Source of the DNA: Macrostomum lignano
Taxonomy: Eukaryota
Direction of reading: 5' to 3'
Length of the DNA: 64,000 nucleotides
NCBI GenBank assembly: GCA_002269645.1
Contig: NIVC01000051.1
Coordinates: 62,001 to 126,000, forward strand
Shown here: positions 10,901-22,477 of the stretch, piece after piece
How the letters are laid out: each line of letters starts with the position of its first letter
Numbering within the stretch: the first letter of the stretch is position 1
Translations under genes and position numbers: made by a program
Notes under the pieces: generated by a model
Told to the model about the DNA's origin: nothing
What the model saw: the letters and a program-made list of their open reading frames with translations, nothing else
Database searches by the model: none

Positions 10901-13900
10901 TCTCACCCAGAGATTCAGTAGAATCTCACCCAGAGATTCAGTAGAATCTCACCCAGAGATTCAGTAGAATCTCACCCAGAGATTCAGTAGAATCTCACCC
11001 AGAGATTCAGTAGAATCTCACCCAGAGATTCAGTAGAATCTCACCTAGAGATTCAGTAGAATCTCACCCAGAGATTCAGTAGAATCTCACCCAGAGATTC
11101 AGTAGAATCTCACCCAGAGATTCAGTAGAATCTCACCCAGATATTCAGTAGAATCTCACCCAGAGATTCAGTAGACACGACACACAACAGTTACAGACGA
11201 GACACTCACGACACAATAGACACTCCCCCGGGCAGTCCAGCGGCCTGTGGCAATTCCGCCGTAACATCTCTGGGCAATTCAACTTCCATAGCCGTGGAAG
11301 TTGCGGCAGTAGTAGCAGGTGGCGTAGCCGGCAGTTCAACCTGGGGCTGGTCACCAGCCGCTGGTTCCGGCGGCTGCTGATGCTGCTCTTCCATTGCTGG
11401 CAGATCTTCTTCCGCTTTTCGTTTGCCCCGACGAGTAACTTGTTCGGGCAGCTGCTCCAGCTCCGGCTGCTGCTCCCGCTGTTGCAGCATCTCTTCTTCA
11501 TCGCGTTGCTGCTGCTGCTGCTCTTGCTGCTCTTGCTGCTGTTCGCACAGCAATCGTTCGAAATCACCGGCCGGAAACAGCAGACGTTCGCCAGCCTTCA
11601 ATCGATCGAACATGGCGCTCAGATCCAGCGGGGGAATGTCCGCTTCCGGTAGCGAGGGCAGCTCCTCTTCCGGCGGCTGCTGCTGTAGGTTTATTGGGAA
11701 AAGCGATTTCTCTCTGGTAGGTTTATTGGGAAAAGCGATTTCTCTCTGGTAGGTTTATTGGAAGGCGATTTCTCTCTGGTAGATTTATTGGGACAGACGA
11801 TTTCTCTCTGGTAGGTTTACTGGGAAAGGCGATTTCTCTCTGGTAGGTTTATTGGGACAGGCGATTTCTCTCTGGTAGGTTTATTGGGATAGGTGATTTT
11901 TCCCTGGTAGGTTTATTGGGATAGGTGATTTCTCTCTGGTAGGTTTATTGGGAAAGGCGATTTCTCTCTCTGGTATGTTTATTGGGAAGGCGATTTCTCT
12001 CTGGTGATTAAAAGTGAAATCATTAAAGCTTAAAAATTTGGCTAACTCTTGTAAAACCAAACTTTTTCTTTACCTCGCCGCCTGCGCCATCGCGTCGCCT
12101 CTGACGTGACACCCGCGGCGTCAGAGTGGTGTGAATTTCGGCGCTGGTTCTGCCCCCAAAGTCTTTGGAGGGAGAAATGCCAGAAACGGCGCCACTGCCT
12201 GCGGCCGAGTCGGCGCCAATTAGAATTGACTGGCTGGCCGAGGGCTCCAGAGCGAAGCTCGTGTCCAAGATTGTGATGTCCTCCTGGCGGGCCGTGAACC
12301 TGGGGTGGTGACAGGTGGCGGCTACTGAGAATCTGTGAAGCGGGCTGAGAATCTGGGAGGCTGGCAGAGGATCTGAGGATCAGGGAGGCTGGCCCAGCAA
12401 TTGAGGATCTGGGAGGCTGGCCCAGCGACTGAGGATCTGGGAAGCTGGCCCAGCGACTGAGGATCTGGGAGGCTGGCCCAGCAACTGACACTCTGGGAGG
12501 CTGGCCCAGCAACTGACACTCTGGGAGGCTGGCACAGCAACTGAGGATCTGGGAGGCTGGCTCAGCAACTGAAGATCTGGGAGGCTGGCCCAGCAACTGA
12601 GGATCTGGGAGGCTGGCCCAGCAACTGAGGATTTGGGAGGCTGGCCCAGCAACTGACACTCTTGGAGGCTGGCACAGCAACTGAGGATCTGGGAGGCTGG
12701 CCCAGCAACTGAAGATCTGGGAGGCTGGCCCAGCAACTGAGGATCTGGGAGGCTGGCCCAGCAACTGAGGATCTGGGAGGCTGGCCCAGCAACTGAGGAT
12801 CTGGGAGGCTGGCCCAGCAACTGAGGATCTGGGAGGCTGGCCCAGCAACTGAGGATCTGGGAGGCTGGCCCAGCAACTGAGGATCTGGGAGGCTGGCCTA
12901 GCAACTGAGGATCTGGGAGGCTGGCCCAGCAACTGGGGATCTGGGAGGCTGGCCCAGCAACTGAGGATCAGGGAGGCTGGCCCAGCAACTGAGGATCTGG
13001 GAGGCTGGCCCAGCAACTGAGGATCCGGGAGGCACATCAAACGCATTTCCATGAAACAGCAGAAACCAGCTGACCTAGCAAAGGAGGACTCAGCCCGGCC
13101 GGCACGGTTGCCCCCGCCGCCGCGGCGCAGCTCGGAGAACTCCAGATCCTCCGGCAGGCTGAGTCGCATCAGCTCCATTGGTGGCTGTTCGTCGGCGCCG
13201 GTAAAATCGGCGGCAGAAAACGACTGCAACTGTTGGAGTTGGCGAAGGTCGACCCCGGCAGCGTCGGCAACCAGGGAGATGTCCAATTCGTATTGCTGAT
13301 TATGGGCGGCCGAGCTAGCCTTGCCAGTTGGTCTGCATTTTTTTAGATTTAAAATAATATCATCTTGTGGAAGGGCTGAGCACATGTACATTGGAGTAAA
13401 GGGGCAACTGTACATTAAAGTAGGGGGAAGGGCACATGTACATTGGGGTAGGAGGGCACATGTACATTTAAGTACGAGTAGAAGGGGAAAGAATCGTAGG
13501 ACAGACCAATATGTACATTAGGGTAAGGAGCCGATGGGCTAGACTAAAGTACGAAGGGCTAGGCAGGAGTGGAAGGGCTGGGCACATGTACATTTGGGTA
13601 AGGAGTGGAAGGGCTGGGCACATGTACATTGGGGTAAGGAGTGGAAGGGCTGGGCACATGTACATTGGGGTAAGGAGTGGAAGGGCTGGGCACATGTACA
13701 TTGGGGTAAGGAGTGGAAGGGCTGGGCACATGTACATTGGGGTAAGGAGTGGAAGGGCTGGGCACATGTACATTGAGGTAGGAATGGAGTCTTCCCATAT
13801 AACTTAAATGCTAATTAGCGTTATTTTCATGTTTATGATGAACAAAATATTATTAAACCAATCACCAATAAATAAAAACAAATAAACCGAGCAAATACAC

Positions 13901-14994
13901 TATCTTGTGTTTCGCGAACAAAGTTAGCAAAAGGTGCTATTATTTATAACTAAAAAACCTTTACAATGTATAATTTTTACATTCGTTGAACTAAATTGCA
14001 AAATAACAAATAAAAATTTTGAACAGAACTTAAACATCTTAACAGAGAAGCGAACAAGCAAACCTTTTAACGTCTGGTCGCCAAGAGCGACAGCAGCGTC
14101 TGTAGAACTCGGCTGTTTCCTCTATAGAGGATTATTTAATAGTATTAAAAAAAGGAAATTAAAAATAGTCAATGGAGCGAAAAGCGAATTCTTGTTTAGG
14201 GTAATTTAATTTAGTACATTGCAGATATGTACTATTAGGAGCATGTACATTTTTTGATACGAGCGCACTATTATGTCAGTTTACATTGTAGGCATGTACC
14301 ATTGGGTGAGTGTACATTGTAGGTATGTACTATTGGGTGAGTGTACATTGTAGGTATGTACCATTGGGTGAGTGTACATTGTAGGTATGTACCATTGGGT
14401 GAGTGTACATTGTAGGTATGTACCATTGGGTGAGTGTACATTGTAGGTATGTACTATTCGGTGAGTGTACATTGTAGGTATGTACTATTGGGTGTGTACA
14501 TTGTAGAGCATGCAATTTTAGGTGCGTAAATTTTAAATACGAGTTCTTGCATGACTAGAGTGAAATTCAGATAAGGCCGATAAAAAGCAAACTGTTTAAA
14601 ATCGATAGTAAGAAGTAATTACAACACAACAAAATAAAAAAGAACTTACTCTCAAGCCAGACGACCTTCAATTGAAACACAACACAGGCGCCGTTCATCA
14701 AAAGGGCGCTTAAATAGAGTGAGAATTTTTTACTGCGCTGCTCGCAAATCTCCGCCAACAGTTCCTGGCTGTGGATTTATAAAAAAAAGTGCCGATATGT
14801 AGTGTAAATAACTTTGTGGCTTGAAATTTAAAGTTAAGAAATATTAGTTGTACGAGTATAATTCGGACTCACCAAGTGACGCTAATATCGCAGGTGAGAA
14901 CATCGCGCGGCTTAATTGATTGACGGGTCGCGCCCAGCCAGATTAGAGCAAATTTGCCCTTCTTAACCGATAACAATTCGTGATTGTAGAACAT
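7970..14994 (-). CDS. REC8: Meiotic cohesin kleisin, REC8-like (Rad21/Rec8 family), 10 exons, about 764 aa
   Basis: Exons (minus): 14994-14873, 14768-14650, 14121-14064, 13332-13075, 12299-12074, 11682-11210, 10740-10299, 9483-9140, 8698-8526, 8049-7970. All are GT-AG, phases agree, total 2295 nt. N-terminus MFYNHELLSVKKGKFALIWLGATR...KFSLYLSALLMNG matches the Rad21/Rec8 N-terminal domain (FSLYLSA is REC8-like). The middle region PRLLIVDGLTEY...LPPPTK resembles the STAG-binding segment. C-terminal winged helix: KKEAARAFAGLLELAKQRRVHLRQKQPYSEIFV. Confidence 0.88.
8150..8470. repeat. Degenerate AG-rich repeat in REC8 intron 9
   Basis: GAATGGGAAGAATAGGA-like units. Confidence 0.75.
8967..9115. 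repeat. 21-bp minisatellite TCTACAGATTGGTCAATCCAA in REC8 intron 8
   Basis: About 7 units. Confidence 0.9.
9590..10262. repeat. ~23-bp minisatellite GATCCCCAATATCCCAACTCAAA in REC8 intron 7
   Basis: Tandem units, more degenerate at the left end. Confidence 0.9.
10768..11175. repeat. 23-bp minisatellite CCAGAGATTCAGTAGAATCTCAC in REC8 intron 6
   Basis: About 17 near-identical units, each with an internal GAGATTC/GAATCTC inverted repeat. Confidence 0.95.
11686..12005. repeat. ~32-bp minisatellite GGTAGGTTTATTGGGAAAGGCGATTTCTCTCT in REC8 intron 5
   Basis: About 10 units, abutting the 3' splice site. Confidence 0.92.
12325..13032. repeat. 28-bp minisatellite GCTGGCCCAGCAACTGAGGATCTGGGAG in REC8 intron 4
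   Basis: About 25 units. Confidence 0.95.
13380..13780. repeat. 36-bp minisatellite GGGGTAAGGAGTGGAAGGGCTGGGCACATGTACATT in REC8 intron 3
   Basis: Clean units at 13565-13780, degenerate copies to the left. Confidence 0.88.
14280..14510. repeat. 31-bp minisatellite TGTACATTGTAGGTATGTACCATTGGGTGAG in REC8 intron 2
   Basis: About 7 units. Confidence 0.9.
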
Positions 14995-15381
14995 TTTCGA
15001 TTTTTATGGCAGCAATTAAAAATGAGCTTCTTGCTAATCATACTACTTATACTCGTAGATAGCAGTAAACGGTTTTTGTTATTATTATTTATTCTTATCA
15101 AAAAGCTGTTTTGCAAAAAAATAATTAAGTTTGGAGGCAACAATTATTGATTTTCTTGTTTATTCATTAAAGCAAACGATCTGCCCTACACCACAGTGAC
15201 ACACAAAACAGTAAAACAAATTGCAAGAAAGTCGGAGAAGTCGGAAGCAATCCAAGTATTAAAACACTTATTTAAATAATCATCACAATTTATTCCATCA
15301 AAGAACTTAAAATAATATTGTTAAGTATCCTGAATAATTGACAAGGTTTTCTTTATGGTAAATACGAATATATATTAATAA

Positions 15382-18300
15382 TTATTTTTTCATCACTCTA
15401 CTAGCAGTAGTCTCGGCGGCAGTTTTATCCCGATGTCTGCGCAGGCAATTAGTAGAACAGAATTCGTATCGATCGTAGTGAAACGGTACTTTGCCAGTGA
15501 TATCGGCGGCGCATTGAAAGCAGCGCGACAGAATCAGCGGCTTCTGATTGGCGCCGCCCGCAGACTGCTGAGACGCCGCCGCTGCCGCTAGAAGACGCCG
15601 TTCGGCGGCCAGAGCCATCTTCTGGGTGTCGCTAAGAGTCTAAAAAATGTAAAAATTTGACGCTTATAAAAAATAATAATGACACCTGTATGACACCAAT
15701 CATGACATCTGTGACACCAATCATAATGACACCTGTATGACACTAATCATAATGACACCTGTATGACACCAATCATAATGACACCTGTATGACACCAATC
15801 ATAATGACACCTGTATGACACCAATCATAATGACACCTGTATGACACCAATCATAATGACACCTGTATGACACCAATCATAATGACACCTGTATGACACC
15901 AATCATAATGACACCTGTATGACACCAATCATAATGACACCTGTATGACACCAAGCATAATGACACCTGTATGACACCAATCATAATGAAACCTGTATGC
16001 ATCACATTGCTAACCTGTAAACCAATACTCTATCAATCCCATTGTACCTGAAACCGCTCCCGTTCGTCGGCCTCAGCCTGGGCCGCCGCTTCGGCCGCCC
16101 GTTTCGCCCGATCCCTGTCCCGTTTAGCCGCTTTAGCCGCCCGCTTTTTATCCGCCTCTTTCAATCGGCGAGCCTCCAACTGTTCGGGAGTCAGCGGCGC
16201 GGGAATCCCGGCCGACGCGTAGTCGTGCCAATCCGGCCGTTTGGCCATAAATTTTCGAAACGCCTCGCGGACAGATTTATTACCAGCCAGCTGATATGGC
16301 GTACGGCCAGCCAAGTCGCGCTGGCAGGGGTCAGCTCCTGACTCCAGCAGGCTGAGCACTGTCCTGCCGCAGCTGTTTGACGCGGCCAGGTGCAGCAGTG
16401 TGGCGCATTTCTGACCCAACGGCTGGCGGAGACGCTCGGCCACACTGTCCGGTTCGGAACTCGCCAACTCGGACAGCAACTGGTCCAGAGTTTCCAGATC
16501 GGCGCAGGCCACGGCAGTAAACAGCTGATTCTGGAGGGCCCAGTCGGCTGGCTGGGAGGCTTCGGCGCCTGCGGGCTGAGAGCAGTTCAAGGCGACTGCA
16601 TTGCGAATCCTGGGATGGCCCAGCAACTGAGGATCTGGGAGGCTGGCCCAGCAACTGAGGATCTGGGAGGCTGGCCCAGCAACTGAGGATCTGGGAGGCT
16701 GGCCCAGCAACTGAGGATCTGGGAGGCTGGCTCAGCAACTGAGGATCTGGGAGGCTGGCCCAGCAACTGAGGATTTGGGAGGCTGGCTCAGCAACTGAGG
16801 ATCTGGGAGGCTGGCTCAGCAACTGAGGATCTGGGAGCTGGCTCAGCAACTGGGGATCTGAGAGGCTGACCCAGCAAGTGAGGATCTGGGAGCTGGCCCA
16901 GCAAGTGAGGATCTGGGAGCTGGCCCAGCAACTGAGGATCTGGGAGGCTGGCCCAGCAACTGGGGATCTGGGAGGCTGGCCCAGCAACTAAGGATCTGGG
17001 AGGCAGGCGGCAGCGGCCAAGCAACCGGATGGTTAGTGACAGTCAACAGTCGGATATAAGCTAGCAATCCAGAACAATCAAAGAGATTAATTGACCAGTA
17101 TTTGTACCTGATCATCATCTCCAGCTTCTAGGGGCTCCTCATCGCAGAGCTGCACTTGAAGGTCGCCATCACCGTTGTCGTCAGTCTTGACCGACTGCTC
17201 AGCAACCACAGCAGCCGAAGTAGACGAAGACGAGGATTTCTTCTTCCGCCTAGCAACACCGGAGGGCACCGGGGCCCGGCCGGAATGCCCCTCAGACATT
17301 GGAAACTGCTGCCGGCGTCTTGTCGGCGGCGATCGATTCTGGCTACTCAATTTCGAGTCATCCTTGATTGAATCTTCCGTTGCTGCTGACTGGTTGCTAG
17401 GCAACATAGAAGCTGAGTGCCGCTTTAAATACAAATTACCGTCTGGGGATTGGCTGACAATACGAAGGCCGCTCTCGATTCGATTGACCAGCTGTCGGGA
17501 TTCCGCCTGGCCAATGGAGGCCGCATCAGCGTCCGAGTCGTAGACGTGCAGGCAGGCGAGCTCACGGTGCACCCGGACCAGCTCGCTGTGAGTTGGCCAC
17601 CTGGTGCTGATTGGGATGCGGCGAACTCGAGGATCGGATCTGATTAGTGCATGCGGTGGGTGATTTCAGGGACTAGGAATACAGGTTGTAGTTATATTGA
17701 TCTGCGCGAAATTGCAGACTTTGGCTTAGATGAGGCGGAAAATTTTATACAAATCTCAGTGGAGAGAGACTGGCAGGGAAATCTCATGTAGGATAAAGCT
17801 GGGGAGGGGAAATCTCATGTAGGATAAAGCTGGGGAGGGGAAATCTCATGTAGGATAAAGCTGGGGACGGGAAATCTCATGTAGGATAAAGCTGGGGAGG
17901 GGAAATCTCATGTAGGATAAAGCTGGGGAGGGGAAATCTCATGTAGGATAAAGCTGGGGAGGGGAAATCTCATGTAGGATAAAGCTGGGGAGGGGAAATC
18001 TCATGTAGGATAAAGCAAGGGAGGGGAAATCTCATGTAGGATAAAGCTGGGGAGGGGAAATCTCATGTAGGATAAAGCTGGGGAGGGGAAATCTCATGTA
18101 GGATAAAGCTGGGGAGGGGAAATCTCATGTAGGATAAAGCAAGGGAGGGGAAATCTCATGTAGGATAAAGCTGGGGAGGGGAAATCTCATGTGAGATAAA
18201 GCTGGGGAGGGGAAATCTCATGTAGGATAAAGCTAGCGAGGGGAAATCTCATGTAGGATAAAGCAAGGGAGGGGAAATCTCATGTAGGATAAAGCTGGGG

Positions 18301-21300
18301 AGGGGAAATCTCATGTGAGATAAAGCTGGGGAGGGGAAATCTCATGTAGGATAAAGCTAGGGAGGGGAAATCTCATGTAGGAAAAGGCTAGGGAGGGGAA
18401 ATCTCATGTAGGATAAAGCTGGGGAGGGGAAATCTCATGTAGGATAAAGCTGGGGAGGGAAAATCTCATGTAGGATAAAGCAAGGGAGGGGAAATCTCAT
18501 GTAGGATAAAGCTGGGGAGGGGAAATCTCATGTAGGATAAAGCTGGGGAGGGGAAATCTCATGTAGGATAAAGCTGGGGAGGGGAAATCTCATGTAGGAT
18601 AAAGCAAGGGAGGGGAAATCTCATGTAGGATAAAGCTGGGGAGGGGAAATCTCATGTAGGATAAAGCTGGGGAGGGGAAATCTCATGTAGGATAAAGCTG
18701 GGGAGGGGAAATCTCATGTAGGATAAAGCTGGGGAGGGGAAATCTCATGTAGGATAAACCTGGGGAGGGGAAATCTCATGTAGGATAAAGCTAGCGAGGG
18801 GAAATCTCATGTAGGATAAAGCAAGGGAGGGGAAATCTCATGTAGGATAAAGCTGGGGAGGGGAAATCTCATGTGAGATAAAGCTGGGGAGGGGAAATCT
18901 CATGTAGGATAAAGCTAGCGAGGGGAAATCTCATGTAGGATAAAGCAAGGGAGGGGAAATCTCATGTAGGATAAAGCTGGGGAGGGGAAATCTCATGTGA
19001 GATAAAGCTGGGGAGGGGAAATCTCATGTAGGATAAAGCTAGGGAGGGGAAATCTCATGTAGGAAAAGGCTAGGGAGGGGAAATCTCATGTAGGATAAAG
19101 CTGGGGAGGGGAAATCTCATGTAGGATAAAGCTGGGAGGGGAAATCTCATGTAGGATAAAGCTGGGGAGGGGAAATCTCACCGAGCATAAAGCTATGATA
19201 CGGAAATCCCACGGAAAAATCAGATTAGAATAAGCAGCAAATGTCCACACAAAAAACTCACTTTGCAATCGGCGATGGAGGGCCTAGAAAGATGGCCTGC
19301 TGCTGCTTACTAATCCGAATCAATACGAAATGACAAGCGTTCAATTCGTCAGTCCACGAGGCCAGCAGGTTTTGAATCTTCTCGCGCAGATGCGCCTCGC
19401 AACGGCGCCGAAGATTGGCGCCGGCAGATTTCGGTCCGCTAGCGCCGCCAGATTGAGAATCGCGCGCGCTCTGCAGTCCGCCCTGGCGTTTCCGTACGGC
19501 GTATTGGTGAAACGTTTTGTGAGCCACGGCTCGGCCAGATTCGTCAAATATTGCGCCGGCGAAATGACCGCCGGCTAGCATTAGAATTGCCCAGCGAAGC
19601 ATTCTCGGCAGGGCGGCGGCTCGGCTCAGCAGAGACTCTTCGCTTGGGGCGGGCAGGTCGAATAGGCATCGGGCTATGCTCACGTACTCGCGGTCTTTGT
19701 TTAGGAAGAACAGACGGCCCGACTGGCTGAGCAGCTGGTGACGGGAGAGCGACGCAAAGCTGCCGTCTGACTGGCCACCGGCCTGCGGGGTCGGCGCGAA
19801 GATTCAGGGGCTAGGGGTTGAGGGGCGATTCTTATCTGCAGGGGTTGAGGGGGATTCTTATCTGCAGGGGTTGAGGGGCGATTCTTATCTGCAGGGGTTG
19901 AGGGGGATTCTTGTCTGCAGGGGTTGAGGGGCGATTCTTATCTGTAGGGGTTGAGGGTCGATTCTTATCTGTAGGGGTTGAGGGGCGATTCTTATCTGTA
20001 GGGGTTGAGGGGCGATTCTTATCTGTAGGGGTTGAGGGGCGATTCTTATCTGTAGGGGTTGAGGGGCGATTCTTATCTGTAGGGGTTGAGGGGGGTTCTT
20101 ATCTGTAGGGGTTGAGGGTCGATTCTTATCTGTAGGGGTTGAGGGTCGATTCTTATCTGTAGGGGTTGAGGGGCGATTCTTATCTGTAGGGGTTGAGGGG
20201 GGGTTCTTATCTGTAGGGGTTGAGGGTCGATTCTTATCTGTAGGGGTTGAGGGGCGATTCTTATCTGTAGGGGTTGAGGGGCGATTCTTATCTGTAGGGG
20301 TTGAGGGGCGATTCTTATCTGTAGGGGTTGAGGGGGGGGGGGTTCTTATCTGTAGGGGTTGAGGGTCGATTCTTATCTGTAGGGGTTGAGGGGCGATTCT
20401 TATCTGTAGGGGTTGAGGGGCGATTCTTATCTGTAGGGGTTGAGGGGGGGTTCTTATCTGTAGGGGTTGAGGGTCGATTCTTATCTGTAGGGGTTGAGGG
20501 GCGATTCTTATCTGTAGGGGTTGAGGGGGGGTTCTTATCTGTAGGGGTTGAGGGGCGATTCTTATCTGTAGGGGTTGAGGGGCGATTCTTATCTGTAGGG
20601 GTTGAGGGTCGATTTTTATCTGTAGGGGTTGAGGGGCGATTCTTATCTGTAGGGGTTGAGGGGCGATTCTTATCTGTAGGGGTTGAGGGGCGATTCTTAT
20701 CTGTAGGGGTTGAGGGGCGATTCTTATCTGTAGGGGTTGAGGGGCGATTCTTATCTGTAAGGACGTTAGGGGCGATTTTTTTCGCAGCGATATTTTAAGC
20801 AGCTAATTTTCAGCTTACCTTGGCATCATTATTTTTAGCATAACTATTATTATCGTTCTCGGAGCTCGACGAATCCGAATCGTCTTCATCTTCATCGCCC
20901 GAGAGGCTGGACAGATCGGACGAAGCAAGCGAGCCGTCAGGTCCCGCTGCTCCACCGCCGTTGATCAGCTGATCGAATTCGGCTTCGCTAATACAAGCCT
21001 GTTGCTTAGCAACCCGATGCCGATTGTACAGATGCCAATCGGAGCGGAAATGCTCGCGCTGCTCGGCGCAACTGGAGAACTGCTCGCCGCATGTGGCGCA
21101 TTGGAAAGAATCTAACTGCTGCTGCTGCTTTTGCTGCTCCTGGGGGAATAGGTTGAATTTACCTTTTAGCTTATCAAGCTGTCAATCTGCTTTTCCATGT
21201 GTCTGTTTGTATGGCTGTCTTTCTGTCAGTCTGTCTGCCTGCCTGCCTGTCTGTCTATCTGTCTGTCTGTTTATCTGTCGTCCTGTCTATCTGTCTGTCT

Positions 21301-21708
21301 GCTTATCTGTCGTCCTGTCTGTCTGTCTGTCTGTCTGTCTGTCTGCCTGCCTGTCTGTCTATCTGTCTGTCTGTCTTTGTCCTGTTTATCTGTCGTCCTG
21401 TCTATCTGTCTGTCTGTCTATCTGTCTGTCTAGCAATCACTGCATCAAGCAAAACCCGCACACAGTACCTGTTGCTCTTCAGCCGCAGCCTGGGCAGCAG
21501 TCTCAGCAGCGGATGAGCTGGTGCTCAACCTGGCCACACCGTCGGCATCGTGATACAGGAGTCGCAGGCCGGTCAGCAGTTCGGTGCTCTGCTTGAAATT
21601 AAACAGCGGCACAGTGCCGCAGGTGCGCTGGCAATGACGGGGCACAAGGCCGTCCAGTCTAGCTCGCTGATTCTGCGGCTGCGACTGCTGCTTCTCTACA
21701 GTGGCCAT
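15382..21708 (-). CDS. ANKZF1: ANKZF1/Vms1 nascent-chain release factor and tRNA endonuclease (C2H2 finger, VLRF1 domain, ankyrin repeats, treble-clef finger), 6 exons, about 799 aa
   Basis: Exons (minus): 21708-21469, 21139-20819, 19782-19262, 17639-17108, 16575-16048, 15639-15382, total 2400 nt. Motifs: CATCGEQFSSCAEQREHFRSDWH, GHFAGAIF...HKTFHQYAVRKRQGGLQSARD (catalytic Gln loop), SAGANLRR, TLLHLAA...GADP, RCFQCAADITGKVPFHYDRYEFCSTNCLRRH. Confidence 0.93.
15677..15995. repeat. 26-bp minisatellite AATGACACCTGTATGACACCAATCAT in ANKZF1 intron 5
   Basis: About 12 units. Confidence 0.93.
16612..17005. repeat. 28-bp minisatellite in ANKZF1 intron 4, same unit as 12325-13032
   Basis: GCTGGCCCAGCAACTGAGGATCTGGGAG, about 14 units. 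Confidence 0.95.
17775..19180. repeat. 31-bp minisatellite GGGAAATCTCATGTAGGATAAAGCTGGGGAG in ANKZF1 intron 3
   Basis: About 45 units with recurring variant blocks. Confidence 0.96.
19812..20765. repeat. 27-bp minisatellite TTATCTGTAGGGGTTGAGGGGCGATTC in ANKZF1 intron 2
   Basis: About 35 units. Confidence 0.96.
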
Positions 21709-21837
21709 GAATCAGGTAGGTGAGGATTCAGGACTAGGATTACCTTTACAGCTCTGTCTGCCTGTGTGTCTGTCTGTCTGTCTGTCTGACTGTCTGTCTG
21801 TCTGTCTGCCTGCCTGTCTGTCTGTCTGTCTGTCTAT

Positions 21838-21886
<49 letters not shown>

Positions 21887-21897
21887 TATCTATCTAA

Positions 21898-21943
<46 letters not shown>

Positions 21944-21972
21944 GTCCATCTATCTATCTATCTATCTATCTT
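21180..21972. repeat. (TCTG)/(CCTG)/(TCTA) microsatellites on both sides of ANKZF1 exon 1
   Basis: Two tracts, about 21180-21432 and 21753-21972. Confidence 0.85.
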
Positions 21973-22477
21973 TGACTTTGTGATTTAAAAAATAAAATTT
22001 TGAAAAAAACATTAGTAGAGATTATTTTTATTCCAGCTGAAATGGGTCAAACTGCAGTGTATTTATAATATTAATTCCTACTATCCGTTTATAATGACAA
22101 TAAAACTAACAAAAGCAACTAATAAACAGACGATAACATAATTATTTCACAAATTATAAACAAGTACAAAAGTGAACCAACGTGACAAGTTGATTAATAA
22201 TTCACAAAATCTATTTTTAGATTTTATAATCGTAAATAAAAATTAGGCAAAACGATAAAGATTACAATAATAAAACAAATATAACCAATGACAATACGGT
22301 GAGATTGTAGAAATTTTTACTTAACTACACATATAATACTTACAAGCGCATAGAAAGGTGGGACAAAAGAGTAGACACAATAAAACAATACGGAACTTAG
22401 CAGCCCACACATATGTACAGAACTTAGTTTTAGGCACTTTATTTATTTTTTAAAAATGAAACTCAACCTTACCTTGC

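Noticed and set aside
12042-13415. 457-aa ORF as a single protein
   Set aside because: It joins REC8 exon 4, the stop-free 28-bp intronic array and exon 5 in the wrong frame; the spliced model restores the FTARQEDITILD kleisin motif.
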